11,503 nucleotides of DNA from Candidatus Micrarchaeota archaeon (GTDB lineage Archaea > Micrarchaeota > Micrarchaeia > Norongarragalinales > SBBD01): assembly GCA_043813365.1 (NCBI GenBank), contig JBDRLB010000055.1, positions 1 through 11,503 of the forward strand, written 5' to 3'. Below are positions 1-6,806 of this stretch, piece after piece. Numbering within the stretch: position 1 is the stretch's first letter; the number at the start of each line of letters is the position of its first letter. The translations under genes were made by a program, and so were the position numbers. The notes beneath the pieces are model-generated. The model worked only from the letters and a program-made list of their open reading frames with translations. It made no database searches and had not been told where the DNA came from.

Positions 1-1158
1 GACAAAATCCACCGCTGGCTATACGAATACGGCTGGCTCTCGAATGTCACGGACATGTTCTTCCCGCTCTTCACGACGAAGCTGCGTGATTACCTGAAAA
101 TCAAATGCAAATCGGAGGAGGAAATCAGCGCCCATTTCGTCACCCTCACATCACCCGAGGAGGAAACAATTGCGATGAATGAGACCAAGGGCTTCCTTAG
201 GATCGCGATGAAAATACAGAATGATGATTACCACCGGGACTTATTCTCAAAAGGGAATGATTTGGAGGAAAACGCGAGGGGGGAGATAAAGCGCCTCATC
301 GAGGAACATTGGAAAAGCTACGTCCACCTGAAATTCATGTACCACGGCACAACTGAAAGGATGGATGCGCTTCCATACTATGAGCAGCTCTCCCACTTCT
401 TCCAAGAGAACCGCAATGCAGCGGAGGAGCGCGTGAAACTGGATGAGGAGTTCAAGGCGAAAATATTGGAGAAGGAGAGGCTGTTCGAAGCGCTGAAGGT
501 GGATGCCTACCATAGGCACCTTTTCCGCATCTTCTCCGAATTCATGGTCACTAAATGGTACCGCAGGAATGCGCAGATACTCACATGGTACCGGCTTGAC
601 CCGGTTTTCAGGGAGATCGGGAAAAGGAATTCCATAGAGGCAAACCAGGTGCGGTTCATGCTCCCTGAGGAGATTAAGGAAATGCTGCTCGATGGGAAAG
701 TGGATAGGGAGGAAATCCTCAAGCGCACGGAATTCTGCGCCCTTTATGTGGAGGAAGGAAAGGAATACGTCTGCATTGGGAAGGAGGCAAAGAAATTGGA
801 GGCGCTTGTTGAAACCGAAGTTCATGGCCCGGTTTCGGAGCTGAAGGGGCAATGCGCCTGCCTGGGAAAAGCAAAAGGAAGGGTGAAAATCATCCAGGGC
901 GCGAAAGATATGCACAAATTCCACATTGGCGACATTCTCGTCGCTTACGCAACCGATCCCGACATTGTTCCTGCAATGAAAAAGGCAGCTGCGATAATCA
1001 CCGATCAGGGCGGTGTTACCTGCCATGCGGCAATTGTCTCCCGCGAACTGAACATCCCCTGCGTTATTGGCACCAAAATTGCGACAAAAGTTCTGAAGGA
1101 CGGAGATATGGTTGAAGTTGATGCAACTAAAGGAATTGTGCGCAGGATCAAACAATGA
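1..1158 (+). CDS. PEP-utilizing enzyme family protein with C-terminal swivelling phospho-His domain (5'-truncated by the window edge)
   Basis: Frame is open from base 1 (DKIHRWLYEYGWLSNVTD-M55). The C-terminal ~105 aa carry GDILVA...TDP...AAAIITDQGGVTCHAAIVSRELNIPCVIG...LKDGDMVEVDATKG, the PEP-utilizer His-phosphorylation signature. The preceding region is charged and probably helical. Confidence 0.88.
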   Translation, partial: DKIHRWLYEYGWLSNVTDMFFPLFTTKLRDYLKIKCKSEEEISAHFVTLTSPEEETIAMNETKGFLRIAMKIQNDDYHRDLFSKGNDLEENARGEIKRLIEEHWKSYVHLKFMYHGTTERMDALPYYEQLSHFFQENRNAAEERVKLDEEFKAKILEKERLFEALKVDAYHRHLFRIFSEFMVTKWYRRNAQILTWYRLDPVFREIGKRNSIEANQVRFMLPEEIKEMLLDGKVDREEILKRTEFCALYVEEGKEYVCIGKEAKKLEALVETEVHGPVSELKGQCACLGKAKGRVKIIQGAKDMHKFHIGDILVAYATDPDIVPAMKKAAAIITDQGGVTCHAAIVSRELNIPCVIGTKIATKVLKDGDMVEVDATKGIVRRIKQ

Positions 1159-1258
1159 GCAATCTGATCCGTCTGGCAATAGCCGTTTCGTCTCGTTTTT
1201 TATTCCATTCAACCTAACTTAATTATGCTTTTTGAGGAGGAATTCGAGGAGGTTTCGG

Positions 1259-1969
1259 ATGGGCAATGAAAAACTCGTTTCAGAAATCAGGCGGGAGCTT
1301 AGAAGGCATGCTACTGAGAAGCAGAGGAAGGGCGCGTTTTATTATTTCAAGGAGAAAATCAAGCCCATCGGGGCAAAACTCCCGGAAGTAGGGAGAATTG
1401 CGAAGGAATTTGACAGGAAGCATTACGCGGATTTAGGGCTCGTTTCCCTGCTGAATTTATGCAGCGAATTGCAGAAGGGAGGATGGTTCGAGGAGCAGAT
1501 CATTGCGGGCTACCTTGCGGATTTCCACCGGAAGGAATTTACCCAGGAAACGTTTGGCATTTTTGAGGGCTGGGTAGATGATCATGTTGACAACTGGGCG
1601 AACTGCGACAATTTATGCAATCATGCTGTAGCGGCGTGCGTGGAAAAATACCCCGCACTTCTGGATGAGCTTAAAAAATGGACTTCCTCGGAAAACAGGT
1701 GGAAAAGGAGGGCTGCAGCTGTAACTTTGATTTTGCCCGCAAGGCATGGAAAATTCCTTAAGGAAGTTCTGGAGATTGCTGAAAGGAACATTTATGATAA
1801 GGATGATATGGTTCAGAAGGGCACAGGCTGGCTTCTTAGGGAGGCTGCGAAAAAGCATGAGGATGAAGTGTTTGCATTCCTCCTGAAGCACAAGGATGCG
1901 GGCAGGACGCTGTTGAGGTATGCGGTTGAAAGGTTCCCGGGAAAGCGGAAAAAAGCGGTATTGGTGTAA
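1259..1969 (+). CDS. DNA alkylation repair protein (AlkD-like HEAT-repeat DNA glycosylase family), 236 aa
   Basis: Motifs VDNWANCD, W-x2-SENRWKRR, DKDDMVQKGTGWLLRE and RYAVERF are typical of the AlkD family. ATG 1259 preferred over TTG 1232 because GGAGGT (1248-1253) lies 5 nt upstream. Confidence 0.88.
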   Translation: MGNEKLVSEIRRELRRHATEKQRKGAFYYFKEKIKPIGAKLPEVGRIAKEFDRKHYADLGLVSLLNLCSELQKGGWFEEQIIAGYLADFHRKEFTQETFGIFEGWVDDHVDNWANCDNLCNHAVAACVEKYPALLDELKKWTSSENRWKRRAAAVTLILPARHGKFLKEVLEIAERNIYDKDDMVQKGTGWLLREAAKKHEDEVFAFLLKHKDAGRTLLRYAVERFPGKRKKAVLV

Positions 1970-1973
1970 GGCG

Positions 1974-2003
1974 TTTTTGCCCAATTTTGCCATTTGGGAA
2001 AAA
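1974..2003. terminator. Possible terminator: T-run and imperfect inverted repeat just after the alkD-like stop
   Basis: TTTTTGCCCAA (1974-1984) pairs with TTGGGAAAAA (1994-2003) with one bulged G; it begins 5 nt after TAA 1969. Confidence 0.35.
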
Positions 2004-2010
2004 TTGCGTG

Positions 2011-2106
2011 CTTATAAATGCTGCCTCGCAGGATCGTTTAATGCGTCATTTTATAAACAATAATCCGTTTAAATCATACCTTATTTTCCTATTCATCAAA
2101 CGGGGA
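2011..2106 (+). promoter_or_regulatory. Candidate archaeal promoter region and RBS of the DEAD-box helicase
   Basis: TATA-like boxes CTTATAAA (2011-2018), TTTATAAA (2050-2057) and TTTAAAT (2068-2074); GGGGA (2102-2106) is 8 nt before ATG 2115. Confidence 0.45.
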
Positions 2107-2114
2107 ATTAAATT

Positions 2115-3455
2115 ATGGGTTTTCAAAAACTAGGCTTGAGTGAGAACATATTGAAGGCAGTGAAGGATTTGGGCTTCACTGCCCCTACCGACATCCAGAG
2201 GGAGTCGCTTCCATTGCTTCTTCAGGGAATAGACCTCATCGGCCAGGCGCAGACCGGCTCGGGGAAAACAGCCGCATTCGCCATTGCAATTCTCGAGCAG
2301 CTGAAGCCCGCAAGGCACGTAGAAGCGCTCGTGCTGGAGCCCACAAGGGAACTCACGCTGCAGGTGGCAAACGAATTCCGGGAGCTTGGGAAATATTCCC
2401 CGCATTCCGCGGTTCCTATTTACGGGGGCGAGGACATTGGGCGCCAGTTCCGTGCTCTTGAAAAAGGCGGCCAGATAATCGTTGCAACCCCCGGAAGGCT
2501 CTTTGACCACATGGAACGCGGGACAATCAACCTCTCCCGCGTGAAGATCCTTGTGATCGATGAGGCGGACCGCATGCTGGACATGGGTTTCATTGATGAC
2601 ATCCGCCGGATCCTGGCGGAGCTGCCGAAGGATAGGCAGACGATGTTCTTCAGCGCGACGATGCCCGACACAATAATCGCCCTTGCAAGGGAAAGCACGA
2701 AAACCCCCGAAATAGTCAACGTCTCACAGGACAAGATCACTGTCGAAAAGATTACGCAGCATTATGCGATGTGCGACCCGCGCCACAAATTCCCCGTGCT
2801 GATACACCTGCTCAAGGAAAAGAACCCCAAGCTGGCGATCATTTTCACGCGAACCAAAAGAGGCGCCGATTCACTATTCTACGGGCTTGAGCGGAGGCAC
2901 CTCAAAGCAGTGCTCTTGCACGGCAACCTCACCCAATCCCGCAGGGACCATTCGATGCATTCGTTTCGGAACATGCATGCGAACATCCTTGTCGCGACAG
3001 ATATTGCAGCGAGGGGGATAGACGTTGACGATGTCGAACTAATAGTGAACTACAACATGCCAGAGGACCACATGGTTTATGCACACCGCATAGGCAGGAC
3101 CGCGAGGGCGGGCAAATCCGGCGAATCCGTCACTTTTGTCACGAATGTGGAGGAAAAGAGGCAGCTTGACCAATTCTCAAGGGCGCTTAAATGCAATATT
3201 AACGAACTCCTGACGCAGGGGATGAACCTGCCTGAGCTGAAGGAGGAGTACGAGTACCGCGGGTTTGGCAAGCGCCCTGAAAACATGTCTCGGTTTTCGG
3301 ACCGCGACGACCGGGGCCGCGGAGGGCGGCCTTCGTACCATCGCGGCGGAGAGAGGCGCGGGTCTTCGCAAGGGGGTCATTCTGGCCGTTCCCAGCACGG
3401 GTCGCGCCACCAGGGCTCCCATTCATCCGCACACAATAGGAACTACCGGAGGTAG
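2115..3455 (+). CDS. DEAD-box ATP-dependent RNA helicase (DeaD/CshA/RhlE-like), 446 aa
   Basis: Q motif GFTAPTDIQ, I AQTGSGKT, Ia PTREL, Ib TPGRL, II DEAD, III SAT, IV IIFTRTK, V ATDIAARGID, VI HRIGRTARAG; R/G/S/H-rich C-terminal tail. Confidence 0.97.
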   Translation: MGFQKLGLSENILKAVKDLGFTAPTDIQRESLPLLLQGIDLIGQAQTGSGKTAAFAIAILEQLKPARHVEALVLEPTRELTLQVANEFRELGKYSPHSAVPIYGGEDIGRQFRALEKGGQIIVATPGRLFDHMERGTINLSRVKILVIDEADRMLDMGFIDDIRRILAELPKDRQTMFFSATMPDTIIALARESTKTPEIVNVSQDKITVEKITQHYAMCDPRHKFPVLIHLLKEKNPKLAIIFTRTKRGADSLFYGLERRHLKAVLLHGNLTQSRRDHSMHSFRNMHANILVATDIAARGIDVDDVELIVNYNMPEDHMVYAHRIGRTARAGKSGESVTFVTNVEEKRQLDQFSRALKCNINELLTQGMNLPELKEEYEYRGFGKRPENMSRFSDRDDRGRGGRPSYHRGGERRGSSQGGHSGRSQHGSRHQGSHSSAHNRNYRR

Positions 3456-3462
3456 GGACCGC

Positions 3463-3624
3463 ATGCTTGAACTAATAAATTTCTTCTCCACCCTTGACGA
3501 TCTGCTAGTTGTTGCGGGGGTTATACTAATCGGCCTTGGAGAGACGATGCTCGGTATCGCGCTCGCATTCATAGGGGTCGCAATTATGTTCGGCAAAGGG
3601 GAAATACTGGTTCCGATAAAATAA
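3463..3624 (+). CDS. Small two-TM membrane protein A (53 aa), unknown function
   Basis: MLELINFFSTLDDLLVVAGVILIGLGETMLGIALAFIGVAIMFGKGEILVPIK. GGAGGT (3448-3453), formed by the last helicase codons, is 9 nt upstream of the ATG. Similar to the next ORF. Confidence 0.75.
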   Translation: MLELINFFSTLDDLLVVAGVILIGLGETMLGIALAFIGVAIMFGKGEILVPIK

Positions 3625-3703
3625 TTCCTTATTTGTTTAATCAATGAAACCGAGTTAGTCTTCAATAAAACAATAACCTGCAATAGCCAGTTTTAAAGTA
3701 TGT

Positions 3704-3958
3704 TTGCCGGTGATCAATACGGAAAAACCCGATTTCGAGCTTACCTGTATTTTCCTGATCGCAGCGGGATTACTTGTATTCGGGGTAACCGGCGACATGG
3801 TGTATGGTTTGATGCTATCCGGAGCCGGATTCCTTCTAATGTTTTTCAAAGGCGAAATTGGGCCAGTACACAAGCCGGGGGGCAGGAAAAAAACAACCAG
3901 CAGCCCCGAAGAGAATAGCCCATCCTATAGTGGCGGGTTTTATGATGATGGTGATTGA
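3704..3958 (+). CDS. Small two-TM membrane protein B (~82-84 aa) with basic then acidic disordered tail; paralog of protein A
   Basis: Hydrophobic hairpin CIFLIAAGLLVFGVTGDMVYGLMLSGAGFLLMFF followed by KGEI. Start uncertain (TTG 3704 or GTG 3710; no clear SD). Confidence 0.65.
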   Translation: MPVINTEKPDFELTCIFLIAAGLLVFGVTGDMVYGLMLSGAGFLLMFFKGEIGPVHKPGGRKKTTSSPEENSPSYSGGFYDDGD

Positions 3959-4780
3959 TCATCTTGGTTTATATCCGCTGAATCCCTTGCTTGCCTTCTC
4001 TCCCCAGAATGAAGGCAGCGAATTGGAAACGAATCCCCGGAACTCATCGGAATAAACATACGTAAGAGTTTGCTTCTTATCCGCATTCCTCTCGAAATAT
4101 TCCTGCGCACCCTCATACACTTCCTTGATTTTCTTCCTCTCAAAATCCTTCTGCAAAAGCGAGCTCTTCCTCAAAAGCAGGTAATCCGCCTGCCTGATCG
4201 CATTCACGTCCAGGTTAGCTGAATTCTGCGAGATGAAAAGCACGCTGAGGTCCTTGTGCCTTGAAATAAGCAGCAGCTCGCTGAGCACCTTGTTCGCATC
4301 CCTCATTGCATCCCTTGCAGAAAACAGTATGCCTCCCTCGTCAACCAGCACGAACGAATTGTTCTCTATTTCCGCTATGTTCCCAACCGCCTTGATGTAG
4401 CCGGGCATTGACTCCTTCTGGAATCCCATTGCCGCAACTTTGCGGTTCCTCCTTGCCTTCACATTCTCCAGTATGCGCATTCCAAGTGCGCTCTTTCCCG
4501 TGCCCCTTGCACCCAAAATTATTCCCACAGTGCTTTTTGATGACAGTAGCATCTTTTCAAACGCGCCAAAATCCCCGGAAATCGTTTTTTCAATTGCGAA
4601 TGGGGAGTATCCCGCCTCCTTCCTGGGCCTTTTTGCCATCTCCGCTTTTTCAATCCCCAAGCTGACAATTTTACGGGTTATTTTTCCAACTGCCCAGACA
4701 ACCGCCTCGAAAGCCTTCCTTAAAGGCCAGCCTACCGCTTTTGCAAATTTATACCATTTGGATGCGGGCTTTTTTACCAT
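3959..4780 (-). CDS. P-loop ATPase, Zot/A32-like (FtsK-HerA superfamily-type motifs), 273 aa
   Basis: Walker A IILGARGTGKS (GARGTGKS = 4490-4513), Walker B FVLVDEGG, then SRHKDLSVLFISQNSANLD...RQADYLLL. ATG 4780 is 2 nt after the upstream stop, with AAGGT upstream. Confidence 0.8.
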   Translation of the reverse strand: MVKKPASKWYKFAKAVGWPLRKAFEAVVWAVGKITRKIVSLGIEKAEMAKRPRKEAGYSPFAIEKTISGDFGAFEKMLLSSKSTVGIILGARGTGKSALGMRILENVKARRNRKVAAMGFQKESMPGYIKAVGNIAEIENNSFVLVDEGGILFSARDAMRDANKVLSELLLISRHKDLSVLFISQNSANLDVNAIRQADYLLLRKSSLLQKDFERKKIKEVYEGAQEYFERNADKKQTLTYVYSDEFRGFVSNSLPSFWGEKASKGFSGYKPR

Positions 4781-4782
4781 AG

Positions 4783-5412
4783 TCAAACCTTATACTCGAA
4801 ATAATCGTCCCATGGGTTCTCCAGCTTCATCATCTGCGCAACAGAAAGATGCTCCATCCTCTTCCGGAAGGGGCGCATGCTGTTCCCGTGTGCGGAAATT
4901 GCGACGTTGATCCGGTTCTTCCTCATCCACGGGATCAGCTCATCCATGAATTCAAGCACGCGCTTTTCCACCATCGGCATATTCTCCCCGTTGGGGGGCC
5001 TGTTGTTGTAATCGCGCCTGAGCACCTGCAGCTTTTCCTCCCCGTATTTTTCCGCGTATGCGCGATGGGAGCTTCCCGAAAGGTCACCATAGCTCCTTTC
5101 AATCATCCTATCATCGCAGTAAATGTGCGTGCACTCCGGATGGTATTTAAGCACGGCGGAGAGCGTATCGACAGAACGCGACAAGTGTGTATGAAATGCG
5201 ACCTCGAATTTCTTCCCCTTCATTTTTTCCGCAACCCTTTCCGCCTGCCCCTTCCCAAAATCCGTAAGTTTCGAGTCCTTCCATCCCGTGAAAAATTTGT
5301 TCTTATTATAAAATGTCTGCGCATGCCTGAAGATGTAAATCGCCGGCGATCTGCTTCCGCCCCCAATTGCTGCGTTCCTCCAATTGTCAACCCTGAATTC
5401 CGAACGGCGCAT
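4783..5412 (-). CDS. gpmA: Histidine phosphatase superfamily protein, most like 2,3-BPG-dependent phosphoglycerate mutase (209 aa)
   Basis: IFRHAQT (RHG variant), N-x3-FFTGWKDSKLT-x2-G-x2-QA, ERSYGDLSG, RRDY-x3-PPNGE, AHGNSMR. ATG 5412 chosen because longer starts overlap the divergent gene or promoter region and a TATA-like box lies about 25 nt upstream. Confidence 0.78.
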   Translation of the reverse strand: MRRSEFRVDNWRNAAIGGGSRSPAIYIFRHAQTFYNKNKFFTGWKDSKLTDFGKGQAERVAEKMKGKKFEVAFHTHLSRSVDTLSAVLKYHPECTHIYCDDRMIERSYGDLSGSSHRAYAEKYGEEKLQVLRRDYNNRPPNGENMPMVEKRVLEFMDELIPWMRKNRINVAISAHGNSMRPFRKRMEHLSVAQMMKLENPWDDYFEYKV

Positions 5413-5435
5413 GATTCTACTTTGTCGCAACGGCT

Positions 5436-5450
5436 CTTTAAGGCTTTTGC
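5436..5450 (-). promoter_or_regulatory. BRE/TATA-like promoter for the gpmA-like/ATPase operon (probably leaderless)
   Basis: Minus strand reads GCAAAAGC-CTTAAAG, ending 23 nt before ATG 5412; no SD. Confidence 0.5.
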
Positions 5451-5477
5451 TAGGCTTTTTGCGAGGATCATTGCAAA

Positions 5478-5518
5478 CCGAAAAAAAAACACTTCCTCCC
5501 ATGGTGCTTTTTCTTCGG
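5478..5518. repeat. Inverted repeat, 15-bp arms with 11-nt loop, between divergent promoters
   Basis: CCGAAAAAAAAACAC (5478-5492) vs GTGCTTTTTCTTCGG (5504-5518): 13/15 Watson-Crick pairs; both mismatches are G-U compatible on the minus strand. Confidence 0.6.
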
Positions 5519-5524
5519 GTGCTG

Positions 5525-5544
5525 TTAAAAACGCTTAAAAACCG
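5525..5544 (+). promoter_or_regulatory. BRE/TATA-like promoter of the antiporter (probably leaderless)
   Basis: TTAAAAACG-CTTAAAAACCG; CTTAAAA (5534-5540) ends 22 nt before ATG 5563; no SD. Confidence 0.5.
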
Positions 5545-5562
5545 CCCTAAGGTAATCATTGC

Positions 5563-6765
5563 ATGAGCGTGCTGAACCTCCTCCTTGCAGCGCTGATACT
5601 CGCGTACCTGTTCTCCGAGATAGCAAAGCGATTCCATGCGCCGCGGGTTGTTGGCCAGATTTTCGCAGGTGTTATACTGGGCGTATTCTACCGCCCGATC
5701 CTCGTGGGGGAGGCGTCGGCCGCGTTCACTAATTTAGCGGACATTGGGATCATACTCCTTTTCTTTTTCACCGGGCTGGAAGTTAACCTGCGTGAATTCC
5801 AGCGCCACTTCAAGAGCTCCATCCTGGTGTCCATACTGAACACCGCAATCCCGTTTTCCCTTGGCGTTGCATGCGCGCACCTCTTCGGGTTTTCAATTGT
5901 GGAGGCAATAGTCATTGGAATTTGCCTTTCGGTAAGCTCGACTGCAATTTCACTTGATTTCCTCGAAGAATTCGGCCTCCTCAAGACGAAAATCGGGAAC
6001 CTCATAGTGACAATCGGCGCAGTGGATGATTTCCTGGAGCTGATTTTCATCTCGATCATAGTGACATTCCTGCAGGTATCCCTCGGTGGTGGCGAGCTGC
6101 AGATGCTCGTGGTTGGGATGTTCGCATTCATAGGCGTCGCATTCATCGCACGGTACATGATCGTGCCTTTCGCGCTCAACGTCATCCAGAAGGAGCATTC
6201 CAGGGCAAGCCTCTTCATGATGTCCCTCATCCTCACGCTCTCCATGGCAACCATATCGGAATTGCTTGGGCTGGGCACGCTTATCGGTGCGCTGATAGCA
6301 GGCGTCCTGATCCGGCATACCCTCCTTACTGGAACAACCCGCAAGCCCTGGGAGGAGCATGAAATTTCGCAAGTGATCCATACCGTCTCATTCGGCTTCC
6401 TTGTGCCGATATTTTTCATCTGGGTGGGATACCAAGCCGATTTGAACAGCATTTTCTCGAATCCACTGCTAAGCATCGCACTTCCCATCATCGCGATTTT
6501 CGGCACCGTTGTAGGAACGGCAATCGCGATGCGCTACAACAAAAGCAGCTGGGAGGAAGGGATGCTGGTTGGATGGGGCGTGACCGCCAAGGGCGATGTG
6601 GAGCTGGTTGTTGCGGCCATTGCGCTCCAGAAGGGGCTCATCAGCGCGGAGGTGTTTTCCGCACTTATTTTCATGGCGTTCGTGACCACTTTGGTGGCAC
6701 CGATCGTTTTCAGGCAGATGATCCAGAACAAGGTTTTATTGCATAAAATTTCCGGCCGCGCATGA
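5563..6765 (+). CDS. Cation:proton antiporter, CPA2 (NapA/Kef-type membrane domain), 400 aa, no RCK domain
   Basis: About 12-13 hydrophobic segments; P-x-VVGQIFAGVILG, DIGIILLFFFTGLE, LSVSSTAI, GAVDD, FLVPIFFIWVG, GDVELVVA-x5-KGLIS. Confidence 0.92.
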   Translation: MSVLNLLLAALILAYLFSEIAKRFHAPRVVGQIFAGVILGVFYRPILVGEASAAFTNLADIGIILLFFFTGLEVNLREFQRHFKSSILVSILNTAIPFSLGVACAHLFGFSIVEAIVIGICLSVSSTAISLDFLEEFGLLKTKIGNLIVTIGAVDDFLELIFISIIVTFLQVSLGGGELQMLVVGMFAFIGVAFIARYMIVPFALNVIQKEHSRASLFMMSLILTLSMATISELLGLGTLIGALIAGVLIRHTLLTGTTRKPWEEHEISQVIHTVSFGFLVPIFFIWVGYQADLNSIFSNPLLSIALPIIAIFGTVVGTAIAMRYNKSSWEEGMLVGWGVTAKGDVELVVAAIALQKGLISAEVFSALIFMAFVTTLVAPIVFRQMIQNKVLLHKISGRA

Positions 6766-6806
6766 TTGCAAAAAGCGCCGTTCGTTCCCTGCATATTTAC
6801 GCGCCT

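Noticed and set aside
247..1212. 321-aa minus-strand ORF
   Set aside because: Antisense shadow of the PEP-utilizer gene; no recognisable motifs.
3265..3462. N-terminal 66 aa of the 119-aa ORF 3265..3624
   Set aside because: Overlaps the helicase tail in another frame; ATG 3463 has a strong SD.
1176..3692. GCAATAGCC present in two intergenic regions (near 1177 and at 3680-3688)
   Set aside because: A 9-mer match at inconsistent positions relative to genes; compatible with chance.
3700..3918. 72-aa ATG-started ORF overlapping protein B
   Set aside because: No protein-like pattern; the 3704 frame is supported by similarity to protein A and by the exact stop-to-stop junction.
3456..4780. Intact provirus or integrated element around the Zot/A32-like ATPase
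   Set aside because: No integrase, replication protein, flanking att repeats or tRNA target seen; kept only as a speculative finding.
4849..5538. 229-aa plus-strand ORF (and 4440..4910)
   Set aside because: Antisense shadows of the gpmA-like and ATPase genes.
5413..5637. 75-aa N-terminal extension of the histidine phosphatase ORF
   Set aside because: Runs through the divergent promoter region into the antiporter gene and has no family similarity.
5688..6506. 272-aa minus-strand ORF
   Set aside because: Typical stop-poor antisense frame of a hydrophobic membrane-protein gene.
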